A DNA stretch of 64,000 nucleotides from Candidatus Sumerlaeales bacterium (GCA_038243585.1 JBBSQY010000002.1:86857-150856); one strand, 5' to 3'; counted from the stretch's first letter, positions 48,059-59,090 are shown. Made by a program: numbers and translations. Notes: a model not told the origin generated them from the sequence alone.

Positions 48059-48667
48059 TTAGCTCTCCAGGGATTCAATGGTACTGTATATTCTCGAATG
48101 GACTTTTTGATCTCTTCCGGCTAAATCTTCTATTTTTAGATTTAAAATTGTGAGGAGACCCTTACTCAGGTCTTGTCGGACCAGACGACGCATTCTGTCG
48201 GCGTGAGGGTGTTGCCGGGTTGGTTCACAAAAATCCGCACACATTAATACTTGAAGAACTTTTGTTGGATTTTTGCATCCCACCGTGTGATTCTCAACAG
48301 CTTGCAAAACATCTTCATCGGTAATCTTATACTTAGACCGACCAATATAAGCAGCTACAGCTCCATGCCAGATAGCCGGGAACTCCATGTCTTCTGGCAG
48401 TAAACTTATAAGTCCTTGATCAGCCAGCTTTAGCGTTTCTTCCCGACTAAAATTTTTGGCGCAATCATGCAATAAGGCAGCTACGGCAAGTTTCTCTTTA
48501 TCCAACCCATAAATTGCACCCAGGGACATACAGCTTTGAAGAACGCCATATATATGCAGAACCCGGTAGGGTGTTTGATCTGTTTGGATATCTTGAGTAA
48601 GTCGATCCAAAAGACTGGGAAATGTATGTTTTATAGCCATATCTGCCTGACAATACAGTACAATCAT
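48059..48667 (-). CDS. yqeK: YqeK family HD-domain Ap4A hydrolase
   Basis: AALLHDCAK, WHG, HTVG and ADFCEPTR; adjacent to rsfS. Confidence 0.88.
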   Translation of the reverse strand: MIVLYCQADMAIKHTFPSLLDRLTQDIQTDQTPYRVLHIYGVLQSCMSLGAIYGLDKEKLAVAALLHDCAKNFSREETLKLADQGLISLLPEDMEFPAIWHGAVAAYIGRSKYKITDEDVLQAVENHTVGCKNPTKVLQVLMCADFCEPTRQHPHADRMRRLVRQDLSKGLLTILNLKIEDLAGRDQKVHSRIYSTIESLES

Positions 48668-48916
48668 GGCATGGTCATGATTCCATCGATCAGAAATACA
48701 ACGAGCGCAACTTGTTCAGGTTGCGATCACTCGTCCAGCCTACGGTGTTAGACTATTTACTAACCTTGGATTTCCGTTGCGTCCAAGCTAAATATCCTCA
48801 GGCATTCACAGGTTATCGTAATCAGGCACTATTGTTGCGAAATAATGGCCGAAATCAGCTCAAACAAAAATTGTTACTCTATCTGGAATCAAGAATTTAA
48901 AGGGAGACTCCGACCG

Positions 48917-51385
48917 ATGTCGTATAATACGCGGATTACAATGCTTACAGCGACTGCCTGTATTTTAGCGTCCCTGGCAACCGCTCAACCTGACGGTAAC
49001 CCGAATGGAACTAAGCGAGAGCGCAAGGAGCAGAAACAAGAACAGCGTCAGCAGCAGCGCCAGTCCAACCAAGCCGCGCAACAACAGGAGCGCCAAGGGC
49101 AGCAGCGTCAGCAGCAGCAGCCTGATCAAGGTCGCCAGCAGGAGCGGCAGGACCAGGCGCGACAGCAACAGCAGCAAAAACAAGAACAGGCTCAGCAGCG
49201 TCGGTCCGAGCAGCAGAGTCAAAAGCAGGAGCAGGAAAGAAACCAGGCTGCTCAGCGTTCGCAGCAGCAGGAGCAGCGTCGTGCTGAGGAGCAAGGGCGA
49301 AAAGCTGAACAGGATCAGGCTAGAGCAGCCCAGCGCGAACAACAGCAGCAGCGCGAAAAACAGCAGCAGTCTGAGAAGAACAATAGGTCAGAACAGGCTG
49401 CGAAACAGGCTCGGCAACAACAAGATCAGCAAGCTCAAAAATCTAAAAGACAATCTCAGCAGGCCGAACAAGAGCGTATAAAGGCTGAACAGCGCCAGCA
49501 GCAACAAGCTCAACAGGCTGCAAAACAGGCAGAACAGCAGCAGGCAAGCAAGGCTCAGGAAGCAGCTAAGCAAGCCCGTCAGGCTGAGCAGGCTGCGAAG
49601 CAGGCTCAACAGCAGCAGGACAAACAAGCGCAACAAGCTGCAAAGCAGGCAGAACAGCCCGGAAAAAACGCCGGCCAAAATGCAGATAAGCAGGCCAAGC
49701 AAGCCGCAAAACAGGCTGAGCAGCAGCAGGCAAAAGAAGCCCAGGAAGCTGCTAAGCAAGCCCGTCAGGCTGAGCAGGCTGCAAAACAAGCTCAACAGCA
49801 GCAGGACAAACAAGCGCAACAAGCCGCAAAGCAGGCCGAACAGCCTGGAGAAAACACCGGCCAAAATGCAGATAAGCAGGCTAAGCAAGCCGCAAAACAG
49901 GCTGAGCAACAGCAGGCAAAAGAAGCCCAGGAAGCTGCTAAGCAGGACCGTCAGGCTGAGCAGGCGGCAAAACAAGCTCAACAGCAGCAGGATAAACAAG
50001 CAAAACAAGCAGCAAAGCAGGCAGAACAGCCCGAAGAAAATACTGGCCAAAACGCAGATAAGCAGGCCAAGCAAGCCGCAAAACAGGCTGAGCAGCAGCA
50101 GGCAAAAGAAGCCCAGGAAGCTGCTAAGCAGGCCCGTCAGGCCGAGCAGGCTGCAAAACAAGCTCAGAAGGCTGAGCAGCGCGCTGGACAGCAGGCAGCG
50201 CCAGGCCAAGACCCGGCAATTGTGCCCCCCGGATCCAACAAGCAGGAGCGTAAGCAGGCCAATCAAGAGGCTAAGCAGGCTACTCAAGCAGAAAAGCAAG
50301 CTCAGCAGGCCGCAAAACAGGCCGAGCAGCAGGCTCGCCAAGTAAGCCAGCAAGAGGCTAAGGTTCAGCAAAAGGCGTTAAAAGAGGAACAGCGTCAGCA
50401 GGCTCAGCAACTTCAATTAGACAATAAAGAAGCCAAGCAGGCCGCCAAGCAGATTAAGCTAAATGACCGACGCGGTCTGTCGCAAGAAGATCTGGGTGCC
50501 GTACCGACTTTTGGTAATGCTGGCGAGGCCGACAATACAACCGGGCTTAACAAAAAGCAACAACGTCAGCTTAACGAGGAAGCTCGTAAGTCCGCAAATC
50601 AGCTTGAGAAGGCTCAGCGCCAACTCGAAAAAAGCTTCCGTCAGGACAACAGAAATGGTGGAGGCAAGCTCACAAAGGCTGAAAGAGCTGTCTTAATCGG
50701 AGCGGACGTCCTACCAAACAGCTTCAACAATGGACATTACAATGAGCGTTTGTCAGGTAATGACGTAAAGATTAAAATTAAAAATGTTACCAACATCAAC
50801 AACATTAATATCAACATCAACAACGGGAATATCATAAATAACGGAGTGCTAACTCAGTTCCAGAACAACGTTATCCCGCCGCAATACCAGCCTTATGGCA
50901 ACTATGGATCGTTTTCTCAGCCGCTTTACGCATCGCAGAATTATGACCCATACTTTCTACCGCCGCCTGCTCCAATTAGCGGAGGCTTCTCAGCAAACCT
51001 TTCGTGGAACTATTACGATGGCCGCTCTTACTATGACCATGACTATGCCGAAAGTCTTTTTGTCAGCGTAGGACACACACGGCATAATGGTTATGATGGT
51101 ATAGCTGTCGGAGGTCGTTACTGGAGCTATGGTCACGGCTGGATAGATGGCTGCATTGATTACGGTCATCGTCGCATGTGGGTGCCCGGCTTCTGGGCAC
51201 CATATACCGTGGAGGAATGCGGCAGCGTGCCAATATTCCTACCTCCAGTATATGAAGATGTCTGGACCGGTTGCTGCTGGGAGCGGATTCAGGTCGATGG
51301 CGGTTATTTTGTCACCCCGCCCCCTGAATGCCATCTTGTAACTCGCAGCACTTGGATTCCAGGTCACTATGAGTACTATTATTAA
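48917..51385 (+). CDS. Secreted Gln/Ala/Lys-rich repeat protein with an aromatic WxPGxW-type C-terminal domain
   Basis: ATG at 48917 after AGGGAG, signal peptide, low-complexity helical region and WVPGFW/WIPGHY motifs. Confidence 0.8.
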   Translation: MSYNTRITMLTATACILASLATAQPDGNPNGTKRERKEQKQEQRQQQRQSNQAAQQQERQGQQRQQQQPDQGRQQERQDQARQQQQQKQEQAQQRRSEQQSQKQEQERNQAAQRSQQQEQRRAEEQGRKAEQDQARAAQREQQQQREKQQQSEKNNRSEQAAKQARQQQDQQAQKSKRQSQQAEQERIKAEQRQQQQAQQAAKQAEQQQASKAQEAAKQARQAEQAAKQAQQQQDKQAQQAAKQAEQPGKNAGQNADKQAKQAAKQAEQQQAKEAQEAAKQARQAEQAAKQAQQQQDKQAQQAAKQAEQPGENTGQNADKQAKQAAKQAEQQQAKEAQEAAKQDRQAEQAAKQAQQQQDKQAKQAAKQAEQPEENTGQNADKQAKQAAKQAEQQQAKEAQEAAKQARQAEQAAKQAQKAEQRAGQQAAPGQDPAIVPPGSNKQERKQANQEAKQATQAEKQAQQAAKQAEQQARQVSQQEAKVQQKALKEEQRQQAQQLQLDNKEAKQAAKQIKLNDRRGLSQEDLGAVPTFGNAGEADNTTGLNKKQQRQLNEEARKSANQLEKAQRQLEKSFRQDNRNGGGKLTKAERAVLIGADVLPNSFNNGHYNERLSGNDVKIKIKNVTNINNINININNGNIINNGVLTQFQNNVIPPQYQPYGNYGSFSQPLYASQNYDPYFLPPPAPISGGFSANLSWNYYDGRSYYDHDYAESLFVSVGHTRHNGYDGIAVGGRYWSYGHGWIDGCIDYGHRRMWVPGFWAPYTVEECGSVPIFLPPVYEDVWTGCCWERIQVDGGYFVTPPPECHLVTRSTWIPGHYEYYY
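49514..50167 (+). repeat. Coding tandem repeat, 186-bp unit (62 aa), ~3.5 copies
   Basis: GCAGATAAG recurs at 186-bp spacing (49682, 49868, 50054). Confidence 0.92.
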
Positions 51386-51412
51386 TAACGATTAAACATC
51401 CTGTTGAAAACC

Positions 51413-51445
51413 GCGGAGACTGCTTATTGCAGTCTCCGCTTTTTT
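51413..51445 (+). terminator. Intrinsic terminator
   Basis: GCGGAGACTGC-TTATT-GCAGTCTCCGC-TTTTTT. Confidence 0.9.
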
Positions 51446-51484
51446 GTTTTGAAAAAAGGAATTCAATTCCTATAAATCCGGTTC

Positions 51485-54346
51485 ATGTTCTCTAAAAATA
51501 ACCTCTCTGCTTCATTTTCTCTGGCTTTTATCACTATATTCGCCTTACCATGTAACGGCCAGAAGACTACTGCGTCCCTTATCACACAAGCTCCGGCTGC
51601 GATAACCACGTCAACTGCGGCTACAAGCGCTCCGCTGCGAGTGAACTATGACCTGGTGGGAGAAACCGATGACACCACCAGCAAGACTTTAGAGGATGTG
51701 GCGGCTTTAAGTCCTGACCAGAGTAGAGAATTAAGATTGTTGGGGGCCGCAATCTCCGATTCGTTTCGGGAATCCGACGCTGACAAACGAGTTTTTTATA
51801 GGGGGCTCGTATCTGGAGATGAAACCGATGATACGCAGGGTGATAAGTTTGTTTCCACGGCGGAAGCCTATCCAGGTACTTCCGGGCGACAGCCAGTAGG
51901 TCCCCTTACTGGCCGAGTCGTCTTTTGTAGCGCCGGACACGGATGGACTAACGACAACACCAGCACATCATTATGGTATACCCAGCGCCCGGAAACCAAC
52001 GGATTAGTTGAAGACTTCGGAAATCTGGATCAAATGAACCTTTATGCGGATATCTGTTTTCGCGCCGGAGCCACCATAGTTCCGCTGCGCCCCATAGGTT
52101 TTCAGCATATTGAGAGGGTCATTGATAACGTAAGCGGCCATGCGGCATTTCACGGAGAATGGGCCGACTCTCAATCCACTTCCTCCTTTGGTTTCGCCGG
52201 CGCTACCGTGCCATATAGATATGCGCGCGCATCTGCCGATGATACCGCGGTTGCTCGATTTCGTCCAGTTATTCCTGAAACCGACATTTATCCGGTTTAT
52301 ACCTGGGTACGCGCTGGAGCGGATCGCGTGGTTCAGACCTATCGCATTGTGTACGGGGGCAGCGTTCACGAGGTGGATGTCGACCACCGACAGGTCGCAA
52401 ATGGCTGGGTTTACCTCGGCAGTTATATGTTTAAACAAGGAACCAGCGGCTATGTGGAGGTGACAAACCAGGTACGAGACGCAAAATTGGCGGCCGAAGG
52501 TCGGGTTGTCGTAGCGGATGCCATTCGCTTTGGCAACGGTATGGGCGACGTGAACCGCGGCGGAGGGATCAGCGGATTTCCACGAGAAGAAGAAGCAAGC
52601 CGCTATTGGATAGAACGATCCCTCTCTCCAGAAATAGCGCCCATTTACGAAGGAATCATTGATCGTAATGATCAAAGTAATAATGTTGGAGCAGCTCCCC
52701 GATTTGCAGCTCACATGAACAATGAAAACTCGGGCTCCTTTTTCGACAGAATTTATATGAGCTTCCACACAAACGCATCCGGTGGTAGGGGAGTAGTCGG
52801 ACTCTATAATTCTCACGCCGCCCTGCGGCCCGACAAACAGATCGAACTGGCGAAGTTGACGGCAAATGAACTTAATGCTGAGATGACCCAGTCAGGTCTT
52901 CGTCTGAAAAAACTATGGCACGTGGGTAATAGGTTAACGGCTGCCCATATCAATTTTGGCGAAATCCGCAGAGATTTCCTTAATAATGAAATGTCTGCAA
53001 CAATTCTTGAAGTCGCTTTTCACGATGATATGGAAGACGCCATCCTGCTGCGACAGCTCTCCGTAAGAAATGCCGTGGCCGAATCTGCTTATCGCGCGAC
53101 CGTTCGCTATTTTGGCGAAGTAGGCGGCGCAAATCTCGATGTTTACTCTCCTCCACTGACACCACGTTTTATGGCGGCTCGCCAGGGGAGCACCACGGGC
53201 ACCATTAAACTGGAATGGTCACCGGCCGCTCAGGATCCGCTGTCTTCTCCCACCGACGTGATCAGTTACCGGGTATTTCAGTCCACCGACGGAGTGGTTT
53301 TCGACAACGGGCGCGATGTGGGTGGCTTAACCAGCTTCGTACTTTCTGACATTCCCTCGGCGACACCGCGATATTTTCGCATAACCGCCATTTCCCTTGG
53401 CGGCGAAAGTCGCCCCTCCGCCGTCCTCGGCACATCGCTTTCCGGGCTAAACAGGGCGCTCGTGATTCAGGGCGTAGCCATGGTTGCGGATGATGCCGCC
53501 CTTACCCAGACAGCCGCCGCAAGCCTTGGTGCCCCACTGCGAGACGGAGGACAATTTGTCCGGCTTGTGCCGAGAATAATGAACAATGGAGAGCAGGTTC
53601 GGGCGATTGGGTCTGGACTCGGCCGGCTGCGTCTGGGCTTTGATTCCGTGGACATCTCCAGGATTAATTCCACAGACAGCTTTAGCACTTACACTGCCCT
53701 TTGTTTTATGACGGGGCGTAATGCTGTGGCGGAAGAACTGGCAACTACCGCCATGTTGCAGCGCCTGAACGACTACGTCACATCTGGTGGACACTTAATG
53801 TTTAGTGGAGCCTGCCTGGCCCAGTGTGATGATACATCTACAGACGCACTTTCCAGATGGAGCGAATTTTCCGAGTCGGTTTTGCAGACCAGCTACGCGG
53901 CGCAGACCACTCTTACGGAACTCATAAAGTCTGGCGACAGGGACCTTACCACAGTAACCCTGACATTAGGCGACCGGTCTTTGCAATATTTTGAACCACG
54001 GCCCACTGAGGTTCTTCTGGCTGCGGAAGCAGGGAGGCCAGTGCTCGCATATCAAGGCTTCGCAGGCGCCGCCGCTGTCGGGACTTTAAAAGATCGTCTT
54101 CTTAGAACTGTCGTTCTCGGATTTCCTCTCGAAGAGCTGGATGATCGGAATGAGCAGGGGGTTTTGGCAGCGCAAATACTTATGGCCATGGGACTGAAAG
54201 CCGAGACGATACCCAAGAAAAATGTCGTAGTAGAGGACAAGGGAAAGTTAAAGGGTAAAGATGCGGCAACAAGCTCGTCCGCTGGCAGCAAAACAGCAGA
54301 ATCTGCTGAAACCACATCGGATACGACCATGCGCGAGACACGATAA
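51485..54346 (+). CDS. N-acetylmuramoyl-L-alanine amidase-like protein with golvesin-like and FN3 domains
   Basis: SAGHGW, SFHTNA and ILEVAFHD amidase_3 motifs; golvesin-like GWVYLGSYMF...VVADAIRFGNG; FN3-like LEWSP...YFRITA. Confidence 0.8.
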   Translation: MFSKNNLSASFSLAFITIFALPCNGQKTTASLITQAPAAITTSTAATSAPLRVNYDLVGETDDTTSKTLEDVAALSPDQSRELRLLGAAISDSFRESDADKRVFYRGLVSGDETDDTQGDKFVSTAEAYPGTSGRQPVGPLTGRVVFCSAGHGWTNDNTSTSLWYTQRPETNGLVEDFGNLDQMNLYADICFRAGATIVPLRPIGFQHIERVIDNVSGHAAFHGEWADSQSTSSFGFAGATVPYRYARASADDTAVARFRPVIPETDIYPVYTWVRAGADRVVQTYRIVYGGSVHEVDVDHRQVANGWVYLGSYMFKQGTSGYVEVTNQVRDAKLAAEGRVVVADAIRFGNGMGDVNRGGGISGFPREEEASRYWIERSLSPEIAPIYEGIIDRNDQSNNVGAAPRFAAHMNNENSGSFFDRIYMSFHTNASGGRGVVGLYNSHAALRPDKQIELAKLTANELNAEMTQSGLRLKKLWHVGNRLTAAHINFGEIRRDFLNNEMSATILEVAFHDDMEDAILLRQLSVRNAVAESAYRATVRYFGEVGGANLDVYSPPLTPRFMAARQGSTTGTIKLEWSPAAQDPLSSPTDVISYRVFQSTDGVVFDNGRDVGGLTSFVLSDIPSATPRYFRITAISLGGESRPSAVLGTSLSGLNRALVIQGVAMVADDAALTQTAAASLGAPLRDGGQFVRLVPRIMNNGEQVRAIGSGLGRLRLGFDSVDISRINSTDSFSTYTALCFMTGRNAVAEELATTAMLQRLNDYVTSGGHLMFSGACLAQCDDTSTDALSRWSEFSESVLQTSYAAQTTLTELIKSGDRDLTTVTLTLGDRSLQYFEPRPTEVLLAAEAGRPVLAYQGFAGAAAVGTLKDRLLRTVVLGFPLEELDDRNEQGVLAAQILMAMGLKAETIPKKNVVVEDKGKLKGKDAATSSSAGSKTAESAETTSDTTMRETR

Positions 54347-54450
54347 AAGTCTGCTCCCTTAGTAATGCCGCGGACCTTAGGGGCAATCTATTTGCGAACG
54401 GCCTTCGGTTACAAGTCTGCACGGCCACGCGAGGGAAATTTCTAATCAGG

Positions 54451-55791
54451 TCATTCGTTGTCCAGGGCTTCGTTCGCCAGTTTTACCGCTTGCCGCAGAG
54501 TCTGGGTTGTGTGGGCGTCGCGTGAAACGATTTCGTTCATGGCCCAACGCACGTGCTGTTTCATGACTTGAGCGTTAGGCAAAAGCTGCAACGGCCTTGC
54601 ATTATCGATAGCCTGGCGAACCACTTGATAAACTTTTTGATTTCCAAAATACGGCATTGGCTGATCAAACTCTGCATTGTCCCATGCGTCGCGCAGCGGC
54701 GGGGGGCTGCCAACTCGCTTGAAATACGCTATCGCAAATTCTTCCGACGCCAGAAACTTGGCAAGTTCAATAGCTCCCATTTTGTTTTCTGCATTGTAAG
54801 GCATTGCAAGACATGATCCCCCGAGTCCTGTAGAGGGGTATCCCGGATTTCGCGTAGGAAAAAGAGCCACGCGCCATTTGCCCGCCTGTTCCGGCGCACG
54901 AGTTTCCAAGATTTTGCAGTACCATGGCCCCGCTATGTTGGCTGCAATTCGTTCGGATTTCACCAACTCCATTGCCTCCCCCTGCGTTGCACGATTCCAT
55001 TCTTTAGCCGTTTTATTTTCTATGAGATCATGGAGAAAGCTGAAGGCCGCAATGCATTCCGGTGAATCAAACACGGCCCTGCTGAGGTCTGAACTAAATA
55101 CCATTCCGCCCGATGCAGGAAGAAAAGCCATGCGCATAGGCACAGGATCCTCAGGATCCAGATAAATCAGGTTTAACGAGTTACCCCTCAATGTTCGAGG
55201 AGAGAAGACTGCTTCGCCCAGGCGACTGAAGCTGTCCCAGCTTTCAGGAAAAGCGTTCATCCCCAGGTTCTCAAGCACCGGGTCTATGATGTCAGCGCGG
55301 TAAAACATCAACATCATGTCCAGATCGAGTGGTATGCCATACTGCCGCATTCCGCCTCGCTCACCTGGATTGTCCTTATCCACGTAGGGGAATTGGTATG
55401 TCCCGAGTGCGCTGGGGAAGTATTGGGCAAAAAACTCTGGCGACAAGTAGTTATCAAGGGGCTCCAACGCACCGCTATTGGCAAGCCCTCCGGTCCATTC
55501 GGAACTGCCCAGTATAAGATCAGGCACATTACTGCCGGCCGCTACGGCCCATAACGTCTTTTCCTGCAGACTGTTCCACCCTACGGTTTGGATATCAACC
55601 TTATACTGAGGATGAAGACGCTCAAACTGCTCTGTAAACTCCGTAATAATTTGCGCCGGAATAGAGGTACACCAAACTTGGATTATCTGTTTGCCGGAAG
55701 CGACTTCTACTGCCGGTGGGCTCAGTTTTTTGTTGGCAAAATAAAATGCGAGCGCGATGGCAAACACGACAAAAGGCAAAATTCTGCTCAT
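54451..55791 (-). CDS. Sugar ABC transporter substrate-binding protein
   Basis: VPDL, GALEPLD, YGIP...MFYRAD, PESWD, AGPW and GGSCLAM motifs. Confidence 0.9.
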   Translation of the reverse strand: MSRILPFVVFAIALAFYFANKKLSPPAVEVASGKQIIQVWCTSIPAQIITEFTEQFERLHPQYKVDIQTVGWNSLQEKTLWAVAAGSNVPDLILGSSEWTGGLANSGALEPLDNYLSPEFFAQYFPSALGTYQFPYVDKDNPGERGGMRQYGIPLDLDMMLMFYRADIIDPVLENLGMNAFPESWDSFSRLGEAVFSPRTLRGNSLNLIYLDPEDPVPMRMAFLPASGGMVFSSDLSRAVFDSPECIAAFSFLHDLIENKTAKEWNRATQGEAMELVKSERIAANIAGPWYCKILETRAPEQAGKWRVALFPTRNPGYPSTGLGGSCLAMPYNAENKMGAIELAKFLASEEFAIAYFKRVGSPPPLRDAWDNAEFDQPMPYFGNQKVYQVVRQAIDNARPLQLLPNAQVMKQHVRWAMNEIVSRDAHTTQTLRQAVKLANEALDNE

Positions 55792-55885
55792 AAAACAAGG
55801 CTTTCTCTTGCCGGGAAATTTTTGAAATGGATATGTTTGGCATTCGTATACAGATCTGCTGCCGGCCCAAAAAGATTACGATCTT

Positions 55886-56674
55886 TCACTTGTTTTCCGT
55901 CACCGGTAGCCATGTTTGTTGAGCAGGTTGCTGCGTCGCGGTTGTTTCCCGAAGCGACTCTGTCGTCGTAAAAGTATCGCTGTTTAAAGTGGTCGTCGTT
56001 GGTAAGGCGGCTGATTGAGTGGGAATATTCTTATCCAAGCTTCTCAAGGTCATGCCGCCTGCTCTGGATGTTTCAAATAACTGGTTATCATCCTTGACCG
56101 AATTCACGGCATTTTCCGGTTGTGGAGCTGACGGCATAACAGTTTCCTGTTTTAATCCGTTATCAGGATCTGCAGAACGTCCAATATCCATCATTTCCGA
56201 GGGTGACTCTTTGCGCGCCGATTTTTTATCTGCTTTTTCTTCAGAATGGATAGTTGGACCCCGCATCACCTGAACTGCGACAATGTTGTCGTAATCAAAA
56301 GATTGAGTGAGGCGATTATTATAAAATGCCACCGCGAAAATAACAAGAACAGCGGCGGCGAACATCCATGGTATTAGAACCATTTTCCGACTGTTTTGCG
56401 AGAGTTTATGCTTCGGCATCTGAATGGCAGCGTGCACGGCAGGGGAGAGCCCGACCGGAGTCGGACCGGTCGGCATGGAGTTGCGCAGGTGCGTGACAAG
56501 TTCATTGCGAAACAATAACTCGGCTTTGCAGACATCACAATGCTCCAAATGATCTTCTAACTGTTTGCGCTCCTCCGTCGGCAGACGGCCCTGCCTGTAA
56601 TCGTCAAGCAGATCCTCACAACGGTCGCAGGGCGTTTGTTTATCAGGCGTCATCGCGTGGGAGCTTCCTCGCAC
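55886..56674 (-). CDS. Zinc-finger (zf-HC2) anti-sigma factor
   Basis: HLEHCDVC (HxxxCxxC) plus one TM helix, coupled to the ECF sigma gene. Confidence 0.88.
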   Translation of the reverse strand: MRGSSHAMTPDKQTPCDRCEDLLDDYRQGRLPTEERKQLEDHLEHCDVCKAELLFRNELVTHLRNSMPTGPTPVGLSPAVHAAIQMPKHKLSQNSRKMVLIPWMFAAAVLVIFAVAFYNNRLTQSFDYDNIVAVQVMRGPTIHSEEKADKKSARKESPSEMMDIGRSADPDNGLKQETVMPSAPQPENAVNSVKDDNQLFETSRAGGMTLRSLDKNIPTQSAALPTTTTLNSDTFTTTESLRETTATQQPAQQTWLPVTENK

Positions 56675-57261
56675 AGGCTGGAGCCGGAAACACCTATAAG
56701 GCGCAGTCTCGCCCTCATGTTCTTTCGGGCTTCGTGAAGATGAAACTTTACCGCTCCACTGGTTATTTCCATGATTCTGGCAACTTCAATGATCGATAAA
56801 TCTTCTATCTCGAACAAGACAAGTGCGACCTTCTGCCGTTCTGAAAGAGTTGCGACGGCCTGGTTGATGCGCGCATTCATCTCATGAGTTTCCGCAGACC
56901 TTCGCGGAGATAGCGGCTGAGAGGATGTGGCAGCCACTGCAGCGCCTGCGGCGCCTTCTTCCAACTCGCCCACATCGATAACAGGCGCAACGCCCCGCCG
57001 CCGGCTTTCAGCCGCCTGGTTCGTCAGCAGCCGCATCAGCCATCCCGGCAGCGCCCGGGGGTCGCGCATGGACGGCAAAAAGCGGATAATCCTGACCATA
57101 GAATCCTGTAGCGCGTCAGAGGCATCATCGTGATTCCGCAACAATGACAGCAATACGGCGTAAGCGCCTGGCTGAACCATCAGACAGAACTCTTCCATAG
57201 CGTCAGTTTGACCTTCGCGGGCCCGTTGCACAAGCAGATGAGGGATGTTCTCGAATCGCAC
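56650..57261 (-). CDS. ECF RNA polymerase sigma factor
   Basis: DASDALQD, GWLMRLLTN and region 4 LSERQK...SIIEVARIMEITSGAVKFHLHEAR. Confidence 0.93.
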   Translation of the reverse strand: MRFENIPHLLVQRAREGQTDAMEEFCLMVQPGAYAVLLSLLRNHDDASDALQDSMVRIIRFLPSMRDPRALPGWLMRLLTNQAAESRRRGVAPVIDVGELEEGAAGAAVAATSSQPLSPRRSAETHEMNARINQAVATLSERQKVALVLFEIEDLSIIEVARIMEITSGAVKFHLHEARKNMRARLRLIGVSGSSLCEEAPTR

Positions 57262-57512
57262 GATTTAAGTATGTGCCGCCTGTTTTTCTTCATTTCAACA
57301 AACATGACCAGATTCGCGCAGAAAAGGTTTGATAGCTTGCAATATTAAAACAGAAATCGCCCGATCACTCCTTGCGAAAATCTATAAGAACAATTCTTAC
57401 AAAATCCTGCAAATTTACAATGCTGGCTGTCGTTGTGGTTTGTTCCAGCGTATAGGGCCTTTCGCATACTTGCCTGGATATTCTATGCCCGTGTCCCGCT
57501 TGACAGGTAAAA

Positions 57513-59090
57513 TTATTGTAAAGCAGATATGACACCGGTATCTAACGGGTTTATCTTGGCGTTAGCGCCCCGCACTCTGGCAAGTATGGCATCTAATACC
57601 ATATATGAGCCCCACCATAAGTAAGCAATCCACAGCCATTGCGTGGTCGATCTATACCTGAACATCTCGGCGTTTTGAGACAGAGAAATCGCGCAGAATG
57701 TATAGGCTACGGTAGAAACGCAGAGTAGATTGATAAACAATACGGAGAAGTTGCGGCGGTAGATGATCAGGATCGTGATAAAAAGCAGCCCTGCACCCAA
57801 TAGCTGGCGTACAGGGTGGATTGGCGGGGCAACGGCGGAAAGAACCCGAGCAGGAAATCGCCAAATCGCGTGATCTCTTACGTACCGTACCAGATACCCA
57901 TTTGCATAGCTGTCATCGTCCGGATCAATGGCATAAGCAAAAAATCTTAAGGCGTTTACAGCTGCGGATTTTATATAATAGCCGCGATGCTGAGCAAGGA
58001 CTTCATTATTTGACCGAGTCAAAAGCGTATAGAATGCACCAGGAGAGAGATTCAGGCGGGTATAAATTTCCTTATCCCGACCGCGGCAAAGCGTGCAGAT
58101 AGTCCCGCTGGTCCTAATAGTTTCCACCATGGCGGACTTGAACTGCGCCTCCATCGGATTTTGCGGTTTAAAATCTTCAAAAATTGCCGATGAATAGTTC
58201 AGTTTGTTAAACGGCCCCAAGGGAGACAAGCCCACAAAATCGTGCCGGAAAAAGTTGCTTCCGAATAGCAGCGCGATGAAAATTATAAGTGGCAACGAAA
58301 CCGTAAGTACTGTTTTCCAGGTAGATGCCACAAATTGTCTAACATTAGTTAAGAATCGAGGGCAAACGATGGCTCTGGCGAGTAAATACGACATTGTTAT
58401 AGGTGCAAACAGCAGCAAAAACTGAGGTCTGATGGCCGAATTGAGCAGCAGCGTAAGCCCGACAACTATGGACGATTTCAGCGCAATGCCGTGCTTTCCA
58501 TAGTTCCGCAGCCAGACCGCGATACTGAGAACGGACGTCGCCAAAAGCGCGGATGAAAGAGCATCGCTTCCCGCCATTGTCTCCATTCGCAGTGTCGCAT
58601 CCGCCGCAAGGTATGAAAATGACAGAAGGAAAGCAACCCAAGGCGGCGACGCTTGCACAAACAGCAGGAAAATCGCCATTGGAATAACGGCGCATCCAAG
58701 ACTGATGGCAATAGTGATACCCCAGATGGACGGGTTGTTAAATAAATTTTCAACCAACGCCAGAAAAGCGGAAAACCCCCAAGGCAAAAGAAATGCAATG
58801 GTTGGGTCATCAATTCTGCCCTGAAGCACGTCGGCCAAGCGCTGGTAACCGTTAAAATCGCGCATCACGACTACCGGTTGACCCATCAGCGACTGGTATT
58901 TGAAAATTAAAGCCCAGATCGCTGTAAGGCTTAAGAAAATTATCTTTGGTAATCGGATTCTGATCTTGCCTATTGAGGCGAAATCCCTAGGCGAATCATC
59001 AATAGGATCGCCCTTGGAGGAAGTGTTGTCACCCGCCTGGGGTCGGTTACGTTTCCAACTTTTCCTAGAAAAACAGCGGCGGTCAGCCAA
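57513..59090 (-). CDS. Polytopic membrane protein, GT-C-like
   Basis: Many TM segments; RDFNGY, GSDALS, IRP and FRYR motifs; start uncertain. Confidence 0.6.
   Translation of the reverse strand: MADRRCFSRKSWKRNRPQAGDNTSSKGDPIDDSPRDFASIGKIRIRLPKIIFLSLTAIWALIFKYQSLMGQPVVVMRDFNGYQRLADVLQGRIDDPTIAFLLPWGFSAFLALVENLFNNPSIWGITIAISLGCAVIPMAIFLLFVQASPPWVAFLLSFSYLAADATLRMETMAGSDALSSALLATSVLSIAVWLRNYGKHGIALKSSIVVGLTLLLNSAIRPQFLLLFAPITMSYLLARAIVCPRFLTNVRQFVASTWKTVLTVSLPLIIFIALLFGSNFFRHDFVGLSPLGPFNKLNYSSAIFEDFKPQNPMEAQFKSAMVETIRTSGTICTLCRGRDKEIYTRLNLSPGAFYTLLTRSNNEVLAQHRGYYIKSAAVNALRFFAYAIDPDDDSYANGYLVRYVRDHAIWRFPARVLSAVAPPIHPVRQLLGAGLLFITILIIYRRNFSVLFINLLCVSTVAYTFCAISLSQNAEMFRYRSTTQWLWIAYLWWGSYMVLDAILARVRGANAKINPLDTGVISALQ

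Noticed and set aside
49514..50167. Possible CRISPR array
   Set aside because: It is a contiguous in-frame 186-bp coding repeat without unique spacers, and there are no cas genes in the window.
49388..50371. 327-aa Leu-rich minus ORF and other alternative frames
   Set aside because: They are shadows of the CAG-rich repeat in the plus-strand gene.
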